DNA of 64,000 nt, taken from the NCBI RefSeq assembly GCF_046119375.1, contig NW_027362763.1, forward strand, positions 782,006,001 through 782,070,000. The letters run 5' to 3'. The notes beneath the pieces are model-generated. The model was given only the letters and a program-made list of their open reading frames with translations. It had not been told where the DNA came from and did not search any database. This document shows positions 12,088 through 23,746 of the stretch, in pieces (the first letter of the stretch is position 1; each line of letters opens with the position of its first letter). Made by a program: the position numbers and the translations under genes. Source of the stretch: Phyllobates terribilis (lineage: Eukaryota).

Positions 12088-12626
12088 TAAGGGCTAATGA
12101 GTAGGGAATTTTTTTTAATTTTTTTAGTAGCTGGTATGTTGTAGCCTGACTTTCTACTTACAATGGTAAGTATAAAAATCATGTGCGTTTTGGATCACCA
12201 TTATTTGTTCCTGCACTCAAAGTGACAAAACAGTACCTAAAGCACAGGGCAACACTATATAAATGTCTTTCGGGTTTGTCCATACAATAGGGGCAGTAAT
12301 AATGTTCAGTACTTGAGGCAAAGATTTTTGGGATTACTCTTGGGGAAATCTAATCGAAGTTATCGGGCAAAATCATAACAAGTCAGTAAATGACTCTGTT
12401 CACCCTCCAGAAATCAGCGGAGCTCTTCTATACTTTCAAACAACGTAATATAATTTAATAAATGTTGTAATAAATAGATAATCTGCAAATTTAATTCTTC
12501 AAAAATTATATTGTCTTCTCCCTAAAAAAAAAATCAAGGAATAATGCAGGCCATTATAGTAACAGAGATGCAAAGCCAGATATCAGGAAGAGGGGGGTGG
12601 GATTTGGCTCTGCTCGTCTTTACATA

Positions 12627-14161
12627 CATAAGCTTCTCACAAAATTAGGATATCATCAAAAAGTTAGGTCTTCAATCCAAAAAGTGAAACTCCTATAGTA
12701 TATAGAGTCTTTACAAACAGAGTGATCTATTTTAAGTGTTTATTTCTGTTAATGTTGATGATTATTGCTTACAGCCAAGGAAAACACAAAAGTCATTATC
12801 TCAGTAAATTAGAATAATTAACAAAAAACACCTGCAAAGGCTTCCTACGCATTTAAAAAGATCCCTTAGTCTGTTTCAGTAGGCTCCACAATCATGGGGA
12901 AGAATGCTGACTTGACAGATGTCCAGAAGGCAGTCATTGACATACTCCACAAGGAGGGTAAGCCACAAAAGGTCGTTGGTAAAGAAGCTGGCTGTTCACA
13001 GAGTGCTGTATCCAAGCTTATTAATGGAAAGTTGAGTGGAAGGAAAAGGTGTGGCAGAAAAAGGTGCACACGCAACCGGGATAATGGCAGCCTTGAAAGA
13101 ATTGTTAAGAAAAGGCCATTCAAAAATTTTGGAGAGATTCACAAGGAGTGGACTGCTGCTGGAGTCATTGCTTCAAGAGCCACCACACACAGACGTATCC
13201 AGGATATGGGCTACAAGTGTCGCATTCCTTGTGTCAAGTCACTCATGACCAATAGACAACGCCAGAAGTGTCTTGCCTGGGCCAAGGAGAAAAAGACCTG
13301 GACTGATGCTCAGTGGTCCAATGGTGGTGTTGTAACTTTTCCATTTCATTTGGATATCAAGGTCCCAGACTCTGGAGGAAGAGTGGAGAGGCCACAATCC
13401 AAGCTGCTTGAGGTCTAGTGTGAAGTTTCCACAATCAGTGATGGTTTGGGGAGCCATGTCATCTGCTGGTGTAGGTCCACTGTGTTTTATCAAGACCAAA
13501 GTCAGTGCAGCCATCTACCAGGAAATTTTAGAGCACTTCACGCTTCCCTCTGCCGACAAGCTTTTTGGAGATGGAAATTTCATTCTCCAGCAGGACTTGG
13601 CCCCTGTCCACACTGCCAAAAGTACCAATACCTGGATTAAAAACAACAGTATCACTGTGATTGATTGGCAGCAAACTCACCTGACCTTAACCCCATAAAG
13701 AATCTATGGGGTATTGTCAAGAGGAAGATGAGAGACACCAGACCCAACAATGCAGACGAGCTGAAGGCTGCTATCAAAGCAACCTGGGCTTCCATAACAC
13801 CTCAGCAGTGCCACAGGCTGATCGCCTCCAGGCCACGCCACATTGATGCAGTAATTGATGCAAAAGGAGCCCCGACCAAGTATTGAGTGCATTTACTGAA
13901 CATACATTTCAGTAGGCCAAGATTTCAGACTTTAAAAACATTTTTCAAGCTGTTGTTATAAAGTATTCTAATTTACTGAGATAATGACTTTTGTGTTTTC
14001 ATTGGCTGTAAGCCATAATCATCAACATTAACAGAAATAAACACTTGAAACAGATCACTCTGTTTGTAATGACTCTATATAATATGAGTTTCACTTTTTG
14101 TATTGAAGAACTGAAATAAATTAACTTTTTGATGATATTCTAATTTTGTGGGAAGCACCTG
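12627..14161 (+). mobile_element. Tc1-family DNA transposon with long (about 200 bp) TIRs; transposase frameshifted
   Basis: TIRs gcttctcacaaaattag...ttagaata / tattctaa...ttttgtgggaagcacctg, TA flanks; ORF pieces 12894-13418 (HTH), 13408-13698 (VMVWGAMS, QQDLAPVH) and 13665-13886 (NSPDLNPIKNLW). Confidence 0.92.
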
Positions 14162-14661
14162 TATAGGCAGAACAGATATAGGCTTTCAATTCTGTGCAGA
14201 CAAGCCAGTTACAATGCATGCTGGGAAGTGACAGAAAAAAAGTCAGGGAAAGTGAGGTTCCTGCAATTATTGTGCTGACAGAATGCTGATGAAGAGGAAC
14301 AGTCCGTTGAAGAAGAGGACAGTTCCTGGACATACGAAACTGGTATGTGCACCAAAAGCAATTGTAGTAGATGATGGGGGCAACCAGATCTTTTCTACAG
14401 GTAGGCTTTACATTTGGAAATTGCATTCATTCCTTGATGATTAGTGATTTGTAACATTGGGGCAGTTTATGGCAAAAGGTGGTATAAACTCATTTAAAAA
14501 ATTGGAGCCATTGTCTACATTAGGAAAATGTGGTTATTAAAACAGATAAAAGTAAATGAGAGTGTGAAGCTATAATATATTCTGCTATCATGTGGAGCCT
14601 CAATCAGCTGGTAAACCACAACTAGCCTTCTTCTACCTGTAGACATATCCTGTGTCTCTAA

Positions 14662-15156
14662 GGCTATGTTCACATGTAAAGCAACCCTCCATTAGAATGG
14701 ATCCAGCAGCAATCTGTGCAGACACAACTTTTTTTGTCTAGTTAAAAAAACTGGTTTCAACTGAATCCGTTTTAACATTGAGATCTATGGAAAACCTATC
14801 CATTAATTAACCATCTGTTTTCTTCCATCTCAAACTGATCCAGTAAGCAAAAATCCTTTTCAAATGAAAAAATTGGATGGCTGATTTCAACTGGATTCGT
14901 TTTTTTTAACATTGAAGTCTATGGAGTTTTAATTCTTTCATTTGAAAGGTGTCCATTTTTTGCTTACTGGATCAGTTTCAAATGAAAGAAAACTGATGGC
15001 TAATTAACAAATCAAGTTTCTTTAGGCTACAGTGTTCTCATCCAGTTGAAATCAGTTCTTTTAGCCAGACAAAAAAGTTGTGTCTGCATAACTCTTGTCA
15101 ACGGTTTGCTGCTGGATCCGTTCTAACAGATGATAACTGGACATGTGAACGTAGCC
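14662..15156. mobile_element. PIF/Harbinger-type MITE (a partial relative lies at about 925-1265)
   Basis: TIRs ggctatgttcacatgt / acatgtgaacgtagcc, TAA/TGA flanks; internal sequence shared with the 0.9-1.26 kb copy. Confidence 0.7.
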
Positions 15157-15444
15157 TGAGGAATCTCCGATGGTCATCTTATTTTTACTTTACTCGCTTA
15201 TATAGCGCTGTGACGACACAGCTTCTAATCTTAAATTATTTGTGTTTTTCGTTGGCTGGTCAAGTAGGACAGTGACTCAGGGTAATAGAACAATAATGTT
15301 TGATAATATGCTAATTACATATTGAACCAGGCCAGATAGCTTGTTGACTCACAAAACAGGAGGACAAACTACGCAAATTGATTAAATGCTCAAACAATGA
15401 GACATGAGCCCAGCATCTTCCCCCCTGACCTGTGTACTCGTTTA

Positions 15445-15655
15445 TATAGTGCAATAATTTTCTCAGCACTTTACAATCATCATCATCACCGGGGCTCACA
15501 ATCTAAATTTCCTATCAGTATGTCTTTAGAGTGTTGGAGAAAGCCATCACAATGACAAGGATAACACACAAACTCCTTGCAGAGGTTATCGTTTGTGGGA
15601 TTTGAACCAAAGACCCCAGTGTGGCAAGGCTACACCGAGCCACTGTGCTGTCTCA
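15445..15655 (-). mobile_element. Degenerate tRNA-headed SINE (V-SINE-like; approximate ends)
   Basis: Minus strand has a B-box GGTTCAAATCC and an A-box-like gtggctcggtg; core atgtctttagagtgttggagaaa...caaactcc resembles the V-SINE domain. Confidence 0.55.
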
Positions 15656-16659
15656 ATATAGGCTGTTTTCACACATCCAACATTCACGGTTTGAGCATGT
15701 ATCGCAATGATCAGTTTGGCCATTGGTCTGCTAATGAGGCTGTTGAGTTTTGGTCAGGAAACTGATCCAGACATTGTGGTCTGAACACAGACTGTGAATG
15801 TTGGAAGTGTGTAATTGGCCTTCTAAGCTCCCACACACTTCAGAAGACCTGAAGTTCAGTAGAGAGTTGACATTCTCCAGGGAACAGAGAGCTTTCTGAT
15901 TTACAACAACTGCGCTTCACAATGCACAAAGAGTAAATTTATTGATTACGGTGAACATCTGTAGGTCACAGCATCCTCAACTAGAGGAACACATCCAGAG
16001 AGAGTCAAGAGAATGGAGCAACTAGTGATATTATGCAAGACTGTCCTCTGACAGTCTGCATTATCACAGTATACATTAGTCATGTTTAGGAACCTTTGAA
16101 CAAGAGGAAACATAACATTTTAGTATGTTCATAATAAAAAAAAAAAACATACACATTAGATAGCTGTTGGCTAAAGGATCGTTCAGCTGCCAATTCTCTC
16201 CTGACGCAGGTGCCATGCAAAGGAAAACTCAGCTCAGATGATTGTTCCCATGTTCTCCAGAACTGCTCCCAAACTCAAAGCTGATCTCAGCCCCTATAAA
16301 TGCATCCGCTCTTGAAATTCCAACGTCAGAATCTGTTGCGAGTCCACTATACATATCAGACAACCAATATTGGCAAACTTAAAAAGAACATCTGGCTTGG
16401 CTATATAAGGTCAGCATACACAACTGCCCATGCTCACAAGGATAGCAAGTCTGTGTTGTGTATGGATAGTACATAAGATACCCGGTGAGGTAAGGACGTA
16501 TTGGTCTTCATGGATATTGGCCATTCTCTCAACACGGTGTAGCAAGTGGTCATACAGATAAAAATAATTCAGATAGTGTATTGGTAGACCTGCTAAGGTG
16601 CATGGATTCAGCCCAACTGTACTCAAACATTAGCTCAGAGTCGTCATAAATTGTACATT

Positions 16660-17420
16660 CTCTAAATGGGACATAATCAGCTAGGGCCGATTCTTTTTAA
16701 CCTCTTTATTAATGATCTAGTGGATGGGACAGAGTAAAGTGTCAGTCTTTGCTGATGCCACCAAACTATGTAGGATATTAAAATCTGACTTTGACATTAC
16801 GATATTGCAGAACGATCTGGATAAGATGACTGAATGGGCAAACACTCGGCAAATTAGGTTTAATGTAGATAAATGCCGAGTAATGCACCTAGGATGGAGT
16901 AATCCTATTGCTGCATATTCATTAAATGGGAGTATACTCGGGAATACAGAGCAGGAGAAGGACTTGGGTATTCTGGTTACAAGTAAGCTGAGCAGCAGTA
17001 CTCAATGTCAAGCAGCAGCTGCAAAAGCAAACAAGACTTTAGGGTGTATAAAAAGATAGATACAATTCTGTTATCCCAATGTACTGTTACCCTTTTATAA
17101 ATCACTTGTGAGGCCACATCTAGAATATGAGATCCAGTTTTGGGCTCCACATTTTAACAAGGATGAGTCAGTTCAAAGGCGGGCAACTAGATTATCACAA
17201 GGGATAAGAGGCCTCTCATATGATGACAGGTTGGAAAAGTTGGGCTTGTTTAGCTTAGAAAAAATGTCTCAGAGGACATCCCATTTATAGTTATATATAT
17301 ATATATATAAATACATGTGTGGTCAATACAAAGGACTGACACATGACTTATTCCTTCCGAAGACAATACAAAGGACCATGGGGTACTCGTTACGGGTGGA
17401 AGGATGGAAGATTTGAGACA
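16660..17420 (+). mobile_element. CR1 LINE 3' fragment (RT C-terminus), decayed (approximate ends)
   Basis: SVFADATKL, LQNDLDKM.EWA, FNVDKCRVMHLG, EKDLGILV, RPHLEY, VQRRATRL. Confidence 0.88.
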
Positions 17421-17548
17421 AGAAGCATCCCCAATACTAAGGTTCTTATGAAGGTAAAGCAACTTTGGCAGATGGATTAAATCCACTAACTGAAGAGGAT
17501 ATAATATACAATTACAAATACAATACAATTAGAACCTTTTTTTTGCAA

Positions 17549-18073
17549 TTAAAGGGGTTTTCCCACAAACAAAAATTAATTTTAATCAATACATCTTGGA
17601 ATAATAATAAGTTTCACAATTGGATGTGTTTAAATAAAATGTTCCTGTGCTGAGATAATCTTATAAATGTGCCCCTGCTGTGTACTGTGTAATGACTGTG
17701 TCTGATCGTACCACAGCTCCTGGGCAGGAAGCAAAAGCGTATACAGACCGGACAGCACGAGATCACAACTGATTCTGTGAGGTAAAACATTTCCCTGCCT
17801 GTTTTTAATCAAAGTTTTACTTGAAAGAAAGAATCATTAGCGATCCTGTACTGTCATGTCTGTCCAGTTTTTTTTTTACTCCCCTCCAGATATGGTACGA
17901 TCAGACCATGTTCCTGTACGGTCAGACACAGCCATTACACAGTACACAGCAGGGGCACATTTATAAGATTATCTCAGCGCAGGAACATTTTATTTAAACA
18001 CATCCAATTGTGAAACTTATTATTATTCCAAGATGTATTGATTAAAATGAACTTTTGTTTGAGGGAAAACCCC
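17549..18073. mobile_element. T2/Kolobok-type foldback MITE
   Basis: TTAA-AGGGG start; about 160-bp near-perfect inverted arms (17553-17712 vs 17895-18073). Confidence 0.8.
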
Positions 18074-18619
18074 ATCGTTCTCACTCTACTTCATGTTCCT
18101 GGTTGGAAGCAGGTGACATATGCCTGGGTCAGACCTCCAGAGCTGCCCCGTGGTCACAGTCTGGACATTACAGCAGCAGAGGTATCAGTCTTTGCAAAGA
18201 GGGTGCTAAAAATGGCGATATCTGTCCCCCTCTTTTAAAATTGCTTCTAAATCACCTTTGGGTGCTGCCGGAGGACCAGGAAGATTAAAATATTATTCTG
18301 AATGCAGCACCGTATCCCACCCTAATCAAGTGTGTTGCTGCATATGATACATGTACGGTATCCATTATCTCCTGCGGGTGTTAGGGTATGTGTATGCGAC
18401 ATGTTTCCAGGCGGCAAACCCGCCAAATTTTTCAGGAAGATGTTTTCTTTCCTTAGGCATCTTTTTTTTTTTCTTTATCATTTCCGGGGTGCTTTTTAAC
18501 AATTTGACCTCTGATTAGGTTTTATTTTAGCGTTTTTCCAGTTTTGAGGTGTCTCAATGGCAGTTTCTGTTCTTTTTTTTTTAACTCATTCAGCAATGAA
18601 GAAAACACTGGCAAAATGC

Positions 18620-19477
18620 TTAAAGGGAACCGGTCACCAGTTTTTTGGTTTATAAACCAAGCTCAGCACCTTTAAAATCATGTATTAGGGTTCCCACAAC
18701 CCCTTTATATCCTCATAGATGCACCTACATACCTCCGAAAAGTGTTTTATACATGTCCCACGCTGTATGTAAATTGTGTGGGTTGGTCCCATGGGCGAAT
18801 TCAGATTGTGATTAGCGCCACCCGGTCCCTTCAAACGCCACCTCTTCTATCTGTATGGACGTGGATGACATCTCTAAGTCTTCCGCCGATGTTGTAGTCA
18901 TTTAATGCAGGGTTCCCCAACTCCAGTCCTCAAGGCCCACCAACAGGTCATGTTTTCAGGATTTCCTTAGTATTACACAGGTGATAATTGCATCACCTGC
19001 ACAGGCAATAATTCCATCACCTGTGCAATACTAAGGAAATCCTGAAAACATGACCTGTTGGTGGGCCTTGAGGACTGGAGTTGGGGAACCCTGATTTAAT
19101 GCACAGGCGTCGTCTTCAATTGTACGTGATCAGCTCCCTGTCTGTTCAGTAGGGTACAGTGAGGCGCCTGTGCAGGTCTCCGATCCCACTGTGCAGGCGC
19201 GAGACTTCAAATAATGTGGATGACAGATGTCCTCCACTTCCATCAGATAGAAGAGGCGGCGTATGAAGTGACCGGGGTGGCTCTGATCACAATCTGGATC
19301 TGCCCATCAGACCGGACCACAGTTTACATGCAATTCGGGACATGTATAAAACACTTTCAAAAGTATGCAGGGGCATCTATAAGGCTATAAAGGGGTTGTA
19401 GGAACCCCAGTTACATGATTTTAAAGATGATGGGCATGGTTTTTAAGACCTAAAACTAGTGATAGGTCTCCCTTTAA
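18620..19477. mobile_element. T2/Kolobok-type MITE carrying a nested hAT MITE
   Basis: TTAA at both ends; agggaaccggtcac / gtgataggtctccct termini; diverged inverted arms. Confidence 0.75.
18908..19093. mobile_element. 186-bp palindromic hAT-type MITE
   Basis: CAGGG...CCCTG termini, near-perfect arms, 8-bp TSD ATTTAATG (18900-18907, 19094-19101). Confidence 0.9.
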
Positions 19478-20845
19478 GCGTTTTGCTGTCAGACCTGAAA
19501 CTGGTGCATTAGGTCCTGGGTTTTCCCTAGTGCAGGTCAATGTTCAGACTCACGAGGCCAGAGGGGGTAGGCAGCTTCTGGACGACACAGGTATTGATGT
19601 AATTGACTTTCTCCTGTTCCCCAGACAAAAATCCAATTGAGAATCTCTGACATTATGTATCGGTGTATCCAACAAGGTCAAGTAGCCCACCGACGGGCTG
19701 GGAGGAGATCCCATAGGACACAGGCAACATCTCATCAGGTGACACAAGTTGCTGTGGTGAAATGCCCGTGATTCCAATTTTTTTACTTTGGTTTTTGGGT
19801 TGATTTGGAATCCAGCCTCTGTTGGTTGATGATTTGGTTTCCATTTACTATTTTGTCTTTTTTTTTTTTTTCCAATAGATTTCTCACAATTTATATCAGT
19901 AAAATTTTCAACTTGAATCTTTTGTTCCTCACAATGAGATATGTGATTTGAAAACATTCTCCGGGAACAGAGAAAAATAAATTAATAAATGTCATTATAC
20001 CGTATATAAATTACTAAATACTTTTATTTGGCAAGTCACCATTGCTTGGTCTGGGGAGATCATCAAGATAGAATTAAAATGGCTGCTGTCTTGTTACACC
20101 GCCAGTGCTGGAGATGGAGAGGGTGAATACTATCTTTCTTACTTTACAGTATACAAATTGTTTGGGTTCCACTTTTCTAAAAGTGGAAAACCCCTTTAAT
20201 ATAGTAAATTGTGTTTTTGGCTGAGCTTGTATGTACTTTGTCTTTATATTTTAAGGAGACGGGTAACTTCTCTTTTAAATAGCTAAATCGGACCCCTTTT
20301 GTTTATATATAGTCTTTCAGAGAGGAGGTTGGCTTAAAGAGTATCTATTACTAAAAATGTAATTGTATTAAAAAGGAGATTTTTGTGTACTCACCGTAAA
20401 ATCTCTTTCTCTTAGCTGCTAATTGGGGGACACAGGACCATGGGTGTTATGCTGCTGTCCACTAGGAGGCGACACTATGCATAACCTGAAAAAGATTAAC
20501 TGTGGCTCCTCCTCTGCAGTATACACCCCCGGACGGCATCAGCCTTCTCCAGTTTTGTGCAAAAGCATTAGGAGGAAAGTAACATGGATAACATACCATG
20601 CCTATAAGAAGGCAACTATGTACGAACTCAAGAAAAAACAATATGAGAACTCAACATAACAGCCCGGAACGGGCGACTGGGTGGGAGCTGTGTCCCCCAA
20701 TTAGAGGCTAAGAGAAAGAGATTTTACGGTGAGTACACAAAAATCTCCTTTACTCTGTCGGCTCATTGGGGGACACAGGACCATGGGAAGTCCCAAAGCA
20801 GTCCCTGGGTGGGAAGCAATGGACGAATATTGTGTAGACGGGCCC

Positions 20846-21900
20846 CTACAATTGGGGTATCGCCGCCTGCAGAACACGTCTACCCAGGCTCGCGTCTGCT
20901 GAGGACTGGGTATGAACCCTGTAGTGTTTGGTAAACGTGTGTAGGCTAGTCCAGGTGGCTGCCTTACACACTTGTTGTGCCGAAGCCTGGTGCCGAATGG
21001 CCCAGGAGGCCCCTACCACACGTGTAGAGTGTGCCGTAATACCTGCTGGAATAGGAGAATTTTTGAGGCGGTAGGCCTCTTGTATGGTGGATTTGATCCA
21101 CCTGGCAAGGGTAGCTTTGGAAGCTGGCTGGCCCTTGCGGCCGCCTTCCGGAAGAAGGAAAAGAGAATCAGACTTCCGGAAGGGCGCAGTCCTAGACACA
21201 GATACGCAATGCCCTGACAAGGTCAAGCATATGCAGAGCCTTCTCCACTCTATGAACCGGGACCGGACAGAGGGATGGCAGTGAAATTTCCTCATTGAGG
21301 TGGAAGTTGGACACAACCTTCGGAAGGAAGGATGGGACCGTACGGAGAACTACCTTGTCCTGGTAAAAAGCCAGGAAGGGCCGTCTGCAGGAGAGTGCTG
21401 TCAGTTCAGACACCCTGCGTAGCGAGGTGATTTAGACCAGCAAAACCGCTTTCTTGGATAGAAGGCGGAGTGGGACTTCCCTAAGGGGTTCAAAGGGTGT
21501 TTTCCTGCAATGCTGTCAGCACCAGGTTGAGGTCCCACGTTTCTAGTGGTCGTCTGTAGGGGGGAACCAATCGGGAAACCCCTTGAAGAAATGTCTTTAC
21601 TTGCGTCTTGTTAGCAATGCACCTCTGAAAAAGCACTGAGAGAGCTGACACCTGGCTCTTAAGGGAGGCCAGGGACAGTCTGGCCTCCAGACCCGATTGG
21701 AGAAACCCAAGTACCCTGGGGAGGGAATAAGGGAATGGGGTCTGGCCGCGAGATTCGCACCAGGTAAAGAAGGCTTTCCAGGTACGGTAATAAATCTTAG
21801 CAGAGGTTGGCTTCCGTGCCCTGATCATGGTTCCAATGACGTCTGGCGAGAACCCCGACTGGGTTAGAACCCAGGTCTCAATGGCCACGCCGTCAAATTG
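20846..21900 (-). pseudogene. DIRS-A tyrosine recombinase, disrupted
   Basis: AHSTRVVGASWA and TFTKHY in ORF 20846-21316; LRTVPSFLPKVVSNFH in 21192-21413; WDLNLVL at the end of 21490-22995; pieces are in different frames. Confidence 0.85.
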
Positions 21901-21920
21901 AGGGCCCCTGAGTTCTGGTG

Positions 21921-23662
21921 TTAGAACGGGCTTTGTGACAGAAGATCCGGGCGGTCGGGGAGACGCCAGGGGACGTCTGCTGTGAGCTGTACGATGTCGG
22001 CGTACCATGTACATCTGGGCCAGTCCGGTGCGATTAGGATGGCTGGAACTCCCTCTCGCTTGATCTTCCTCACCACTCTGGATATCAAGGGGAGAGGTGG
22101 AAAAATGTACAGGAGCTGGAACTGGGTCCAGTCCTGAACCAGGGCGTCCGCTCCTAGTGCCCGCGGGTCGTGAGTTCTGGTCATGAAGTTGGAGACCTTG
22201 GCATTGAAGTGGGATGCCATTAGGTCTATGTCCGGAGTCCCCCAGCGATGGCAGATCTGTCGAAAAACTTCGGGATGGAGAGACCACTCTCCCGAGTCCA
22301 TTCCTTGCCAGCTGAGGAAGTCTGCTTCCCAGTTGTCCACACCCGGAATGTGGACCGCAGAGAGAACCAAACCTGTGTCTTCCGCCCAGTGGAGAATGCG
22401 AGAAGTGACACATATCGCCTGGGCACTGCGGGTCCCCCCTTGGTGATTCACATATGCCACAGCCGTGGCATTGTCCGACTGTACTCTGATGTGAGAGGCT
22501 GCCAGTAAGTGATGGAAGGCTCTCAATGCCAGGAGGATGGCACGAATTTCCAAGATGTTGATGGGCATGGTCGCTTCCGCTGGGGACCACTTGCCCTGTG
22601 CTCGGTGGTGTAGGTGTACCGCACCCCAACCCGTCAGGCTTGCGTCGGTGGTCAGAACCTTCCATTGACCCGTGAGAAAGGATTTCCCCTTTGTTAGTGA
22701 GGTTGGCTTGAGCCACCAGTGCAGGGACCTCCTGGTTGACGATGTCAGCTGGAATTCCCTGTCGAGAGGAAAAAGGGTTCCTGTCCCATGACTTGAGGAT
22801 GGCTAGTTGGAGAGGCCTGAGGTGAAGCTGGGCAAATGGGACCGCTTCTATTTCCGCCACCATCCTGCCGAGGACTCTCATTGCAAACCGGAGAGATCGA
22901 TGGGGTTTGTTGAGAAGAGTGCGAACTCCTAGGCGGAGAGGCAGTGCCTTGTCCTTGGGAAGGAGCACTAGACCCCTGAAGGTGTTGAATAGCATTCCCA
23001 GGAAGGTCAGAGACTGACTCGGGGTTGGCGATGACTTTTGTAGGTTGACTAACCAACCCAGGCGACTTAGTGTCGATTGTGATTGAGACGCAGTCCTTGA
23101 AGGTGGGAGCCTTGATAAGGAGATCGTCCAGATATGGAACGACTACTATGCCTCTGGAGTACAGGACGTCCATGGTGGCTGCCATGACTTTGGTAAACAC
23201 TCTGGGAGCCGTGGCGAGTCCGAGCGGGAGAGCCACGAACTGGTAGTGGTCCTGGTCGATTGCGAACCTGAGAAATCTCTGATGGGTGGGTGCAATTGGT
23301 ATATGCAGGTATGCGTCTTGTATGTCTATGGAGGCGAGAAATTCTCCCTTTTCCATGGACGCAATGATGGGCCGAAGGGACTCCATGCGGAAGTGACGTA
23401 CCCGTACATATTTATTGAGCTGTTTTAGGTCCAGTATGGGCCGTACGCCGCCTCTTTTCTTGGGGACTACGAATAAATTGGAGTAGAACCCTCGGAAGCG
23501 CTCGGCCGCGGGGACCGGTACTATGACTCCTGCTTGAAGAAGTGAGAAGACCGCTTGGCGGAAGACACAAGCCTTGTCTGGCGGTTTTGGGGGAACAGAA
23601 AGTCTGGTGGGTTTGAAGTGAACTCTGTCTTGTATACCGAAGACACTCGTTCCCTGACCCAC
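21921..23662 (-). pseudogene. DIRS-A RT/RNase H/methyltransferase-like pol, frameshifted
   Basis: IDIQDAYLHIPI, LPLGLATAPRVFTK, PYLDD (22745-23662); SDNATAVAYVNHQGGTRS, DLMAS and YIFPP (21921-22568). Confidence 0.88.
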
Positions 23663-23746
23663 CTGTCTTCTGTAATAAACAGCCAGACTTGATGAAAGAG
23701 CAAAAGTCGGCCGCCTACAGGTGGGGTGTCTTCCGGAGTCCGTGAG

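Noticed and set aside
18080-18290. Exon-like GC-richer island with a GAG|GTATCA donor
   Set aside because: No convincing acceptor, and the frames on both strands close quickly; no recognisable homology.
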